Assembly: GCF_001997385.1 (NCBI RefSeq)
Contig: NZ_CP019633.1
Span: 2,160,001 to 2,192,000 of the forward strand
DNA from: Sedimentisphaera cyanobacteriorum
GTDB taxonomy: Bacteria > Planctomycetota > Phycisphaerae > Sedimentisphaerales > Sedimentisphaeraceae
Length of the DNA stretch: 32,000 nt
Direction of reading: 5' to 3'
Made by a program: the position numbers and the translations under genes. Below are positions 18,095 through 26,729 of the stretch, piece after piece. Within the stretch, counting starts at the first letter, position 1; the number at the start of each line of letters is the position of its first letter. Under the pieces are notes generated by a model. That model made no database searches and was not told the DNA's origin. It saw nothing but the letters and a program-made list of their open reading frames with translations.

Positions 18095-19286
18095 AGGCGT
18101 TCTCCTCGGCTGCTGCCTCGCTTATGCGAAGAGGCATACCCTCCACTGGTGCTGCGATGTCTGATGTAACCACTCTGTCCGATTCGGTGATTCCGCTCTT
18201 AACGTAAACGAAGCTGTGTTCTTTGAATACGATCTCTGCCTTTCTGATTTCAAGCTTATTATCCTCGTTCACTACCCAGACGGTATTGTTGTCGTGGATG
18301 TATTTTCTTTTCAGGCGGAAAACGTTTTCAATCATCTTTCCGTGAATCCGGCACCTCAGATAAGCCCCGAAGAGGATTTCCTCCCCGCCGTTGTTTTGCC
18401 TGTCCAAACAGAACGGGTCTTCCGCCTCCACAAGCACCCTTGCCATTCGCCCATTTTCTTCGAGCGAGCCGATAAGCCTGAGCACCCTGCCCTCTCTGGA
18501 TGCATCCGAGGGCCATACAGAGTCGTTGTAGATTTCAACCTTTGAGCCTGTTTCCCTGGTGTTTTTCGGGAACAGAATCCATTTGAGCTGCTTCTCCGGC
18601 ACGAGAACTTCAATCCAAGCCGCTTCTGTGCCCACAAGCTCGAAAACTCTGGCTGATGTATTCGCAAGCTCCCCGAGCTCAACGTTTTTCTCGTTTATCC
18701 TCGCATCAAACGGTGCCTGAATTATGCATCTTTCGTAATTTTTCTCTGCCCTTGCAAGGGCGGCCTGAGCGCTTTTTACACTCGCCTCTGCCTTCTGAAG
18801 CTGGGGCTTTTTCAGCACAAGAGCCCTGTCCTGTTCGCTGAGCTGCTCGCCCATCAGCTCATAATCGCTCTTTGCAGCGCGGACATTACCCTTCTGAATC
18901 TCTAAATCGGCCTCTGCAGAGCTAAGAGCGCTTCTGGCTTTCTCAAGCTCGCTGAGGTAGTCTGTTTTTTCAATATGCACAAGCTCGCTTCCAGCCTGAA
19001 CAAAGCTTCCCGGTATGAGCCTTTCGGCAGTCCATTCCACTTTTCCGGAAACCTCAGGCCTGATCGAGGCTGTTCTTGCCGGCTGGGCGGTTCCCATAGC
19101 CCTAACCTCAGCGGGGTAATCCGCCTTGCTGAAGCTCTCAGCCGTTACGAGTCTTGCCTGTTTCTCGGGTTTTCTTTTTCTCGCCTCAGGCTTGTTATCG
19201 AGCTGATATTTCGCTATCAGCAAACCGCCGGCTATTATCAAAAGAGGAAGTATCAGATTGATTGAGATGTTAAGTATTTTCTTCAT
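18087..19286 (-). CDS. RND efflux periplasmic adaptor (membrane fusion protein, HlyD/AcrA family)
   Basis: 399 aa with an N-terminal TM anchor, a coiled-coil hairpin region (ELEKARSALSSAEADLEIQKGN...LQKAEASVKSAQAALARAEKNYERC) and beta-barrel domains. It is translationally coupled to the RND gene. Confidence 0.85.
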   Translation of the reverse strand: MKKILNISINLILPLLIIAGGLLIAKYQLDNKPEARKRKPEKQARLVTAESFSKADYPAEVRAMGTAQPARTASIRPEVSGKVEWTAERLIPGSFVQAGSELVHIEKTDYLSELEKARSALSSAEADLEIQKGNVRAAKSDYELMGEQLSEQDRALVLKKPQLQKAEASVKSAQAALARAEKNYERCIIQAPFDARINEKNVELGELANTSARVFELVGTEAAWIEVLVPEKQLKWILFPKNTRETGSKVEIYNDSVWPSDASREGRVLRLIGSLEENGRMARVLVEAEDPFCLDRQNNGGEEILFGAYLRCRIHGKMIENVFRLKRKYIHDNNTVWVVNEDNKLEIRKAEIVFKEHSFVYVKSGITESDRVVTSDIAAPVEGMPLRISEAAAEENAYE

Positions 19287-19322
19287 ATTTTTCTTATGTC
19301 CCTGTTTGATTTTGCCAAATTA

Positions 19323-20690
19323 TCAGCTGCTCTGCTCCCAGCCTCCAGCAAGTGCCCTGCATAAAGAGATCCTTGCCTTAACAAGATTGAGCCTTGAATT
19401 TACAAGCGAAACCTCGAGTTCCTGCTGGTTTTCGATTGCATTGAGCAGATATATATATCCCTGCTGTCCGTTTATATACTGCTGCTTTACAGATTTTGTA
19501 TTCTTCTGTGCTATTTCGAGCTGTCTCTGCAGGCTCCTGAAATACTCTTTCTCCCGCTGTTCGGTTTCAATCGCATCTTCCACATCTTTCACAGCTCTAA
19601 TCACGTTTTGACGGTATATGCTGATTCGCTCCTGCAGCACAGCCCTTGCCCTGTTGGCCTCTGCCTCACGGCTGCCTGCATCGAAGAGCGGCCCTGTAAG
19701 CCCTGCGGCAATCGAGCCGAGCCAGTTGTCGAAAACATCTTCAATATCGCTGTCTGCTCCGGATACCGAGCCGGTTAGAGTGAGCGAGGGATACTGGCGA
19801 GCGATAGCTGCGGCGGCTGAATAGTCTGCCGCTCGAACCGCATTCAGTGAGCTGATTAGATCAGGCCTTCTCTTGAGAAGCTCAGCGGGTATTCCGGCCT
19901 CGGGAATCGGCGGGAGCTCGGGGATTTCTGCATCCGGTGCAGCGGAAAACTCCTTCGGCTCTCTGCCAAGCAGAACAGCAAGCTGGTTTTCCAGAAGATT
20001 AACGTTTTTCTCTGCATTTATCAGCCTGCCTTGAGCGGCCTCAAGGATCCTCTCCTGGCTGTGCAAATCGGAGGCTCTTGCCATCCCTTGGCGATACTGC
20101 ATTCGCACAGTTTCCAGTGATTTGCGGTTGGTTTGAACCTGCTCTTCTATGATCCGCTTTTCGAGAATCCCCGCCTTCAGGGCATACCAAGTTTGTGCGA
20201 TATCAGCGGTGAGGCTGATTTTTGAGGCAATCAAATCCTGCCTGCTTGCCTCAAAGTTTTTCTCAGCTGCCTTCTGAGCTGAATCAATTCGTTTCCAGAG
20301 GTCTATTTCATAGGAGGCCTGAAGCCCTGCGGAAAACTGATTCGAATAAGCAGTTTGTCCCATTGCCTCGCTCCTGCTTCGCGAGCCTTGAGCTGAATAG
20401 CTCACTTCCGGCAGCTTCCCCGCGCCTGCTTTGACAGCGGCCTGCCTCGCCTGTTCCATACGCGAGTAGGCGGCTTGTATGGTGAAACTATCCTTCAGTG
20501 CGTTTTCTATCAGTCCGCTAAGCCTTTCATCGCTGAAATGCTGCCACCATTTCTCAGGCAGCTTTGCTCCCCCGCTGCTGCTGAATTCCGTTGGAATCTG
20601 CCCGCTGGTTTCTATTTTATCCGCAGATTTTACTGCGCAGCCTGCAAGAATAAAAACAGCGGCGAGCAGAGATAAAATTGTTATTCTCAT
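19323..20690 (-). CDS. Outer-membrane factor lipoprotein (TolC/NodT family)
   Basis: 455 aa. Lipobox LAGC at residues 15-18. Two OEP-type repeat halves with long helical segments. Confidence 0.85.
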   Translation of the reverse strand: MRITILSLLAAVFILAGCAVKSADKIETSGQIPTEFSSSGGAKLPEKWWQHFSDERLSGLIENALKDSFTIQAAYSRMEQARQAAVKAGAGKLPEVSYSAQGSRSRSEAMGQTAYSNQFSAGLQASYEIDLWKRIDSAQKAAEKNFEASRQDLIASKISLTADIAQTWYALKAGILEKRIIEEQVQTNRKSLETVRMQYRQGMARASDLHSQERILEAAQGRLINAEKNVNLLENQLAVLLGREPKEFSAAPDAEIPELPPIPEAGIPAELLKRRPDLISSLNAVRAADYSAAAAIARQYPSLTLTGSVSGADSDIEDVFDNWLGSIAAGLTGPLFDAGSREAEANRARAVLQERISIYRQNVIRAVKDVEDAIETEQREKEYFRSLQRQLEIAQKNTKSVKQQYINGQQGYIYLLNAIENQQELEVSLVNSRLNLVKARISLCRALAGGWEQSS

Positions 20691-20713
20691 ATTTGCTTTC
20701 CGGTTTAACGAAA

Positions 20714-21385
20714 CTAATCTTTATGCTCTGGGCAATTTTCTGCAATCTTTCTTATGCCGGCAAGGGAAAACTGGTAAATATGTTCGGCAATTTTCTCAAG
20801 CCCTTCCTCACGGTTTTGGGAGTCTGGTATTACACCGGAGAATATGTTTTTAGGGCCGAAAGCCCCTTTTGCATTCATTACGCCAAGAACTATACATTGA
20901 TTGATTATACTCATTGCGCAGAGCTTAACTTGACTCTCATTGGCATTTGAGCCAAGAATTTTGCGTACTATGCTTTCAAGCAGCTCTGCCATGGGCAGGA
21001 TTACTTCGTGCTTTATTTCTTTCAGGATTTCGGTTTCCTGGCTGAGCTCGTTTGAGAGTATCTTTCCCGCAGCCCCGAGTTTGCCCGGGTTTAGCAGCTG
21101 ATAAACCTTTGCCTGAATAAATGCCCGGAGCTGCTCCTCGGCAGGGGCGTCCTCGCCGAGACCGCCGTGGAGGGGGTATTTCTCAAGGGCTATTACGAAA
21201 GCCCTCCGCCAAACCTCCTGATAAAGGCGGTCTTTAGAGCCGAAATAATAGTTTACCGAAGCTATATTCACATCCGCCTGGCTGCATATCCGGGCTATAG
21301 TGGCGTTGCGATACCCTTTTTCGGAAAACTCTTCCATTCCGGCCTCTATCAGCCTTTCTTTAACCTCTTTATGATCCTTAGACAT
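20714..21385 (-). CDS. TetR/AcrR-family transcriptional repressor of the efflux operon
   Basis: HTH region RLIEAGMEEFSEKGYRNATIARICSQADVNIASVNYYFGSKDRLY. The track ORF begins at a TTG (21415). I prefer the ATG at 21385 (MSKDHKEV...) because the predicted promoter would place the TSS near 21420. Confidence 0.85.
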   Translation of the reverse strand: MSKDHKEVKERLIEAGMEEFSEKGYRNATIARICSQADVNIASVNYYFGSKDRLYQEVWRRAFVIALEKYPLHGGLGEDAPAEEQLRAFIQAKVYQLLNPGKLGAAGKILSNELSQETEILKEIKHEVILPMAELLESIVRKILGSNANESQVKLCAMSIINQCIVLGVMNAKGAFGPKNIFSGVIPDSQNREEGLEKIAEHIYQFSLAGIRKIAENCPEHKD

Positions 21386-21426
21386 ATTTTTCTTTCGATT
21401 AAACGATTGTTTCAAATGCTTATTTG

Positions 21427-21457
21427 AATTATGCGTTTGATTTGAAATTGTTCAAAT
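21427..21457 (-). promoter_or_regulatory. Candidate promoter for the tetR-efflux operon, overlapped by a palindromic operator
   Basis: The minus strand reads TTGAAC (plus-strand 21450-21455), a 17-nt spacer, then ATAATT (21427-21432). The palindrome ATTTGAA-attg-TTCAAAT at 21440-21457 covers the -35. An extra half-site ATTTGAA lies at 21422-21428. Confidence 0.4.
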
Positions 21458-21575
21458 TATTTTAAAAAAAATCGCAGAAAGCATCTATTACTGGGAAATC
21501 AGTCTATTCAGCGGTTTAATAAAGCGTTGCGCAAAAGTGCCTCTAACATATAACCCCCCTCCAACCTTTACGCAC

Positions 21576-21603
21576 TTTCCAAACAGACCTTTTTGAATAT
21601 AAT
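21576..21603 (+). promoter_or_regulatory. Candidate sigma70 promoter for gltX
   Basis: TTTCCA (21576-21581), a 16-nt spacer, then a perfect TATAAT (21598-21603). The implied TSS near 21610 lies downstream of the in-frame TTG/ATG at 21593/21602 and supports the 21653 start. Confidence 0.4.
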
Positions 21604-21652
21604 GCCCTTTTTCAAAGCAGCTGGAATTTTATTGTATTTTGCAGGTTTTATT

Positions 21653-23287
21653 ATGACAGTTACAAGATTCGCCCCCTCTCCAACGGGCTACTTACATATA
21701 GGCGGAGCGAGAACCGCTCTTTTCAATTGGCTCTACGCACGAAAGACAGGCGGAAAATTTATCCTCCGCATAGAAGATACCGATCAGAAACGCAATACCT
21801 CGACAGCTATGAAGCAGGTTCTCGAAGACCTCCGCTGGCTTGGTATAGACTGGGACGAAGGCCCCGAAGCGGGCGGTGAAAACGGGCCTTACCTCCAGAG
21901 CGAGCGTATGGATATATACCAGAAACACCTTGCCCGTCTTCTGGAAACTGGAAAGGCCTACTACTGCTTTGAAACCTCTGAAGAGCTCGCAGAAATGCGG
22001 GAGAAGGCTGAGAAAGACAGCGGCGGGTTTATATACAAAACCCCCGAGAAACTGCCAACCGAAGAGGATGCTGAAAAGGCGCGCCAGCAGGGAAGGCCCG
22101 TTACTGTGCGGTTTGCTGTCCCGCAGGATAAAAAGATCGTGTTTGAAGACAGGGTGCGCGGAACAGTGTCTGTTAATCCCTCGGAGATATCAGATTTCAT
22201 AATCCGCAAATCCGACGGTTTCCCCACCTATCACTTTGCTGTTGTGGTTGATGATGCGCTTATGGGAGTAAGCCATATTATCCGAGGGCAGGAACACCTT
22301 ATGAACACCCCAGGGCATATCCTCCTGCAGGAGGCTCTCGGCTTTGACAGGCCGGAGTATGCCCATATCTCCCTCACCGTAAGCGATACCGGCGGGAAGC
22401 TCAGCAAGCGGGAGAGGCCGAACGCACTTCGGAAAGCTGTTAAAGCGAGCGAAAAAAGCAAAGCAGAGATTGCCGCTGCCGGCGGGATAAGCGAAGAAGA
22501 ACTTGAGAGATTCCTCAAGAAGAAGGCCGTGCCCGATGAGGATGCTGTAAACCAGATTGCAGATTTCCTCGGCGTTAAGCTGCCGGAGATTAACGTGCGT
22601 GATTTTGTGAAAAGCGGATACACGCCTGAGGCTGTGCTCAATTTTGTTGCTCTTCTGGGCTGGAATCCTGGCGGTGATAAGGAGATTATGAGCAAAGAGG
22701 AAATAAAAGACGCCTTCACGCTCAATAAGCTCGGCAGGGCAAACAGCTTCTTCGACAGAGACAAGCTTGTATCCTTCAACACAGAGCACATAAATCGCAC
22801 AGACAGCAAGACCCTGCTCAGGCACTTCAAAACTTTCCTCGAGAAAAATTCAAGCCCCCTGCTGGAAAAGGAAGACTGGCTGCTGGAAAAGGCGGTTGAT
22901 CTGAGCAGAGGAGCGAAAACATTCAGAGACGTTCTCGACAAATGCAGGCTCTTTTTTATTGATAAAAATGAAATCCAATACGACCCCAAAGCCGTTAAGA
23001 AGGTGATAGCGAAAAACGACTGGCAGGGGCTTGGCGTTTTGCGAGATATGCGCGGGCTGCTTGAAGCTTTAGAGCCGTTCACTGCGGATAAGATCGAATG
23101 CGCACTCCGCGATTACGGCGAGAAAAATGAGCTTGGGCTCGGGAACATTGCCCAGCCTCTGAGGGCTGCCCTATCCGGCGGGACCGTCAGCCCTGCAATA
23201 TTCGATTCGATCGAGGTGCTCGGGAAATCTGCCGTTCTGGAGAGGATAGACAAGGCAATTGCAGAGCTTGAAGATTATCAGCTCTGA
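21653..23287 (+). CDS. gltX: Glutamate--tRNA ligase (class I, possibly non-discriminating)
   Basis: TVTRFAPSPTGYLHIGGARTALFNWLYAR (HIGH motif), ILRIEDTDQKRN, GFPTYHFAVVVDD and the KLSKR (KMSKS) motif. I moved the start to the ATG at 21653, where homologues begin. Confidence 0.9.
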   Translation: MTVTRFAPSPTGYLHIGGARTALFNWLYARKTGGKFILRIEDTDQKRNTSTAMKQVLEDLRWLGIDWDEGPEAGGENGPYLQSERMDIYQKHLARLLETGKAYYCFETSEELAEMREKAEKDSGGFIYKTPEKLPTEEDAEKARQQGRPVTVRFAVPQDKKIVFEDRVRGTVSVNPSEISDFIIRKSDGFPTYHFAVVVDDALMGVSHIIRGQEHLMNTPGHILLQEALGFDRPEYAHISLTVSDTGGKLSKRERPNALRKAVKASEKSKAEIAAAGGISEEELERFLKKKAVPDEDAVNQIADFLGVKLPEINVRDFVKSGYTPEAVLNFVALLGWNPGGDKEIMSKEEIKDAFTLNKLGRANSFFDRDKLVSFNTEHINRTDSKTLLRHFKTFLEKNSSPLLEKEDWLLEKAVDLSRGAKTFRDVLDKCRLFFIDKNEIQYDPKAVKKVIAKNDWQGLGVLRDMRGLLEALEPFTADKIECALRDYGEKNELGLGNIAQPLRAALSGGTVSPAIFDSIEVLGKSAVLERIDKAIAELEDYQL

Positions 23288-23359
23288 GCACAAACATTAT
23301 TCTAATTTTGCTTTCTGCGGCAGTTGTGTATATTTCCATAAACTCTTGGAAAGGTAACA

Positions 23360-24484
23360 ATGAAAAATAGAGACTTAACTGCCGTAATAGAATTCATCCT
23401 GTGCTGCGCAGCTTTGCTTTTTGTGCCCACAGGCTTCAAAACCAACACAGACCGCGGCTCAAAGCATGCCAGGGCAAAGGTGCTTTCCGTTGACGACAGC
23501 GATCTCCAGCAGTTCTCAATCGTGCTCACCGGAAGCCAGCGGCTTGAGGTGGAAGTGCTCTCAGGGGAGCATAAGGGAGAGATATTTCAGGCAATAAATC
23601 AGCTTCAGGGCAGGATGGAGTTTGATGAGATATACGAAACAGGCGATACAATCCTCATCGAATACCGCTACAAAGAAGACTCCACCACCACCTACACCCG
23701 CGGGCACTACCGCATTCATTTGGAAATCGTGCTTGCTGTGATGTTTGCTGCTTTTCTGATTTCCGTTGCAGGCTGGACGGGCACAAAGGCTTTGCTGTCG
23801 TTTATATTTGCTGCCCTTATGATATGGAAGCTGCTTATCCCCGCCATGCTCAAGGGCTGGAATCCATACCCGATTTCCGTGTTTACAGTGGCAGCTCTTA
23901 CAGCCTCGGTGAGCTTCCTCGTGGGCGGGCTGAACAAACGCGGCCTTGCCACATTCGCAGGCTCGTTCTCAGGGCTGGTGTTTGCAAGCGTTTTAGCGGT
24001 GGTATTCACGAATCTGTTCAGTGTGGACGGGGCGGTGCGTCCGTTTGCTGAATCGCTGCTTTATGCAGGTTTCCCGGAGCTGGATTTAAACGCCATATTC
24101 ACTTGCGGAATCTTCATAGCCTGCTCCGGAGCGGTGATGGATCTGGCGATGGATATATCCTCCGCTATGCACGAGATCAAGCATAAAAGACCCGATATTC
24201 ACTTCACCGAGCACATCATATCAGGTATGAGAGTGGGCAGGAATGTTATCGGAACTATGACAACAACCCTCCTGCTCGCCTATTCCGGCGGATATACAAC
24301 TATGCTGATGTATTATATGGGGCAGGGAACGCCGCTGATTGAATTTTTCAACCTGAAGCTCGTTTCAGCAGAGATCCTCAACGTGCTCGTGGGCAGCTTC
24401 GGGCTTGTGGCTGTTGCCCCGTTTACCGCTGTGGTCGCAGGGCTGCTTTTCAAAACAGACAAACCCAAACCACAGATGGAGTAA
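23360..24484 (+). CDS. YibE/F-like polytopic membrane protein
   Basis: 374 aa: an N-terminal TM helix, a soluble stretch of about 100 aa, then 6-7 TM helices. The overall architecture and Gly/Ala-rich helices resemble the YibE/F family (from memory, not searched). GGAAAGG RBS. Confidence 0.6.
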   Translation: MKNRDLTAVIEFILCCAALLFVPTGFKTNTDRGSKHARAKVLSVDDSDLQQFSIVLTGSQRLEVEVLSGEHKGEIFQAINQLQGRMEFDEIYETGDTILIEYRYKEDSTTTYTRGHYRIHLEIVLAVMFAAFLISVAGWTGTKALLSFIFAALMIWKLLIPAMLKGWNPYPISVFTVAALTASVSFLVGGLNKRGLATFAGSFSGLVFASVLAVVFTNLFSVDGAVRPFAESLLYAGFPELDLNAIFTCGIFIACSGAVMDLAMDISSAMHEIKHKRPDIHFTEHIISGMRVGRNVIGTMTTTLLLAYSGGYTTMLMYYMGQGTPLIEFFNLKLVSAEILNVLVGSFGLVAVAPFTAVVAGLLFKTDKPKPQME

Positions 24485-24532
24485 TGCCGTATAGGGGATG
24501 ATAAACCCGATCGAGCAGTCTTTATTGTGTTT

Positions 24533-24614
24533 TTACCACTAAGCACTCGAAACACACGAAGGGGATATGGTTTCAATTGATTTTTTGTCCACAGATGGCA
24601 CTGATGGCACAGAT
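24533..24614. repeat. Left copy of an ~80-bp intergenic repeat module (inverted partner at 27327-27409)
   Basis: It contains an exact 25-mer GAAACACACGAAGGGGATATGGTTT (24549-24573) whose reverse complement is at 27369-27393. Flanking CCACAGAT...CTGATGGCACAGAT segments are also shared imperfectly. Confidence 0.85.
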
Positions 24615-24782
24615 ATTTTTATGAGTGTAAGAGCTTGCGATAAAACAATTTATAACAAAACTTCCTGCCCTTCGAGCCCTTCGCGGTTTAAACCAATCCC
24701 ACTTGGTTCAAAACAAATTACCCGCCCAAAAAATCTTCCTCCGTTTACTCTCCGACTGCGGTAAATGGTTTTGCCAAGCCTG

Positions 24783-24811
24783 TCCGCCGAAGGCGGAGAA
24801 CAAGCGGACAG
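24783..24811. repeat. REP-like GC-rich hairpin module
   Basis: TCCGCC-gaa-GGCGGA at 24783-24797. An alternative pairing, CTGTCCGC / GCGGACAG, spans the same site. The inverted homologue CCTGTCCGCCGCAGGCGGAG lies at about 26926-26945. Confidence 0.7.
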
Positions 24812-24815
24812 ATTC

Positions 24816-24871
24816 GTGGCAAGTGGCGAGTGGCAAGTGGCGTGTGGCGAGTGGCGAGTAGCAAGTGGCAA
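24816..24871. repeat. Tandem heptamer array, 8 x GTGGCRA
   Basis: Read directly: GTGGCAA GTGGCGA GTGGCAA GTGGCGT GTGGCGA GTGGCGA GTAGCAA GTGGCAA. Confidence 0.9.
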
Positions 24872-25070
24872 AATCATCAGTGAGAATTAGCGTGAATTAG
24901 TGGTTAGTAATTCCTCAGCACATCTTAAAGCTCCTCTTCGCCGGTAATCTGAGACCTTTTTCCTGACTTCGGCGGTATGATTGTGGAAAACTCTGCAAAA
25001 AGTGGGTTTTGAGGCTGTTATGAGGGTTTGTTAAGTTCGGTTCGCTCGTAGTGCCTAATTTTTTATTTTT

Positions 25071-25098
25071 TTGACACAATGTTTTGATTTCGTATAAT
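25071..25098 (+). promoter_or_regulatory. Consensus sigma70 promoter of the transposase gene
   Basis: TTGACA (25071-25076), a 16-nt spacer, then TATAAT (25093-25098). The ATG at 25107 begins only 8 nt after the -10, implying a leaderless or near-leaderless mRNA. Confidence 0.6.
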
Positions 25099-25106
25099 CT
25101 GCATTT

Positions 25107-26729
25107 ATGTTTATACGAGTAAAGACATCAAAAAACAGTCCGAAGCAGTCGGTACAGATTGTAGAGAGTTATCGCAACGAGAAGAACCAGCCTCGTCAGC
25201 GTATAGTTCGTCATCTCGGCACAGCCTTCACAGAAGAAGAGCTTAAGCGGCTCAAGGATTTTGCCGAATTCGAGAAGGCCAAGCTTGAGGCCGAGAAAAC
25301 GCCGGCACTTTTCAAGCCTGAGCATCTTGCAGAAGCTGCAATAGTTGCCCGCAAAAACATTGATGATAAGCCTTTGCGGGTCAATCTAAAGAATCTCAGG
25401 GAACAGGCACGCATAACTACAGGCATCCATGAGGTATTCGGCAGCATCTACAATGAGCTTGGCTTTAACAATCTTTTCGATAGACGCAAAGAGTCTGCAG
25501 GCAAAAACCTTCGTCATATCACAATGGCAAGGCTTGCAAACCCAGTGAGCAAACGCAGCAGCGTTCAGGATCTCTCCAAAGACTTCGGCATTAACCTTTC
25601 TTTAGACAGCGTTTACCGTATGATGGATAATATCACAGATGATATTATCAGCAAGGCTCAAAACTGTGCTCACAGTGCTGCTAAAGGCCTTCTCGGCGAA
25701 GAGATAAGTCTTCTTTTCTACGACTGCACCACGCTTTATTTTGAATCATTTACAGAAGATGAGCTCAAAAAGAACGGCTACAGCAAGGATATGAAGTTCA
25801 ATCAGCCGCAGGTTGTCCTTGGTCTTCTGTCCACATCAGAAGGGCTTCCAGTAGGTTATGAGGTATTCCCCGGCAATCAGTATGAAGGGCATACGCTGCA
25901 TACTGTAATCCCTAAGATCAAAGAGAAATACAACCTCAAGCGTGTTATCTTCACCGCAGACAGCGCAATGCTTAGCAAGGCTAATCTTGATTACCTTGAA
26001 AAGCAGGGAGTTGAGTATATTGTGGCAGCGAGGCTTAAAAGCCTCACTGATAAATGGAAAGCAAAGGTTACAGAATCCAATGCCCCGCTTAGAAGCTTTG
26101 ATTACGGCAAAGATACAAGGCTTATTGTTACCTACAGCGATAAACTCGCTAAAAAGAATAAGCACGACAGGGATGAAGCTATAAGAAAGCTCCAGGAGAA
26201 GCTTGAAAAGAGCAGCAACCCCAAATCACTTATAAGCAACTACGGCTACAAGAAGTTTATGCGTGTTACCGGCGATATAGATTGCCGGATAGATGAAGAG
26301 AAATATGAAGAGGCTGCGAATTTTGATGGTCTTCACGGTGTTATAACGAATGTTAAGGATATGGATGATTCGGCTGTAGTAGATCATTACAGGCAGCTCT
26401 GGCTGATTGAAGAGTGCTTCAGGATAAGCAAGCACGATCTGAAGATACGGCCGATATACCACTGGACGCCGAAACGAATCAAAGCCCATATACTGATATG
26501 CTTTATCGCTCTAACCTGCGCGAGAAATCTGGCCTACAGGGTTCGGCTGAGATTTGAGCCGATGTCTGTGGCGAGGATTGTAAATGCCCTCAACCACGTG
26601 CAGCTGAGCATACTCTGGGATAAGAAAACAGAGTGCAGATATGTCCTGCCATCAAAGATTAACGAGGACGCAAGAAAACTCTATAAAACAGTTAATCTCA
26701 GCACCAATACAACGCCTTACAAAATGTAA
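25107..26729 (+). CDS. IS1634-family DDE transposase
   Basis: 540 aa. The N-terminus MFIRVKTSKNSPKQSVQIVESYRNEKNQPRQRIVRHLG is characteristic of IS1634/IS4-like transposases. DDE_Tnp_1-like core: LFYDCTTLYFE..., FTADSAM, and YRQLWLIEECFRISKHDL with the Y-R-E/K region. Confidence 0.9.
   Translation: MFIRVKTSKNSPKQSVQIVESYRNEKNQPRQRIVRHLGTAFTEEELKRLKDFAEFEKAKLEAEKTPALFKPEHLAEAAIVARKNIDDKPLRVNLKNLREQARITTGIHEVFGSIYNELGFNNLFDRRKESAGKNLRHITMARLANPVSKRSSVQDLSKDFGINLSLDSVYRMMDNITDDIISKAQNCAHSAAKGLLGEEISLLFYDCTTLYFESFTEDELKKNGYSKDMKFNQPQVVLGLLSTSEGLPVGYEVFPGNQYEGHTLHTVIPKIKEKYNLKRVIFTADSAMLSKANLDYLEKQGVEYIVAARLKSLTDKWKAKVTESNAPLRSFDYGKDTRLIVTYSDKLAKKNKHDRDEAIRKLQEKLEKSSNPKSLISNYGYKKFMRVTGDIDCRIDEEKYEEAANFDGLHGVITNVKDMDDSAVVDHYRQLWLIEECFRISKHDLKIRPIYHWTPKRIKAHILICFIALTCARNLAYRVRLRFEPMSVARIVNALNHVQLSILWDKKTECRYVLPSKINEDARKLYKTVNLSTNTTPYKM

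Noticed and set aside
14973-18169. Alternative-frame and antisense ORFs within the RND gene (14973-15551 minus; 15912-16388, 16590-17105 and 17666-18169 plus, among others)
   Set aside because: All are nested in the 1036-aa RND permease ORF, which has clear family features. Their products are Ser/Pro/Arg-rich with no motifs, so they are shadow ORFs.
21593-21652. N-terminal extension of gltX from TTG 21593 / ATG 21602, and similarly 7014-7049 for the second sulfatase
   Set aside because: The extensions overlap the predicted promoter (gltX) or the preceding gene (sulfatase). Homologous proteins begin at the downstream Met, just before the HIGH region (gltX) or the Tat motif (sulfatase).
22190-23082. 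Two long minus-strand ORFs (211 aa and 283 aa) inside gltX
   Set aside because: They lie entirely antisense to a strongly supported, motif-bearing gltX. Their products are Ser/Leu/Phe-rich low complexity, typical of shadow frames opposite Lys/Glu-rich genes. There is no RBS or independent signal.
24816-24871. Possible CRISPR array
   Set aside because: The units are 7-nt perfect tandems with no spacers, and no cas genes are present. This is a microsatellite-like array, not CRISPR.
24567-24877. ORFs of 65 and 75 aa translated from the left repeat mosaic (e.g. ...STDGTDGTD..., ...ATRHSPHATCHSPLAT...)
   Set aside because: The peptide periodicity simply mirrors the DNA repeats (CACAGAT units, GTGGCRA heptamers), so these are not coding. 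The same applies to 26951-27142 and 27099-27284 on the right side.
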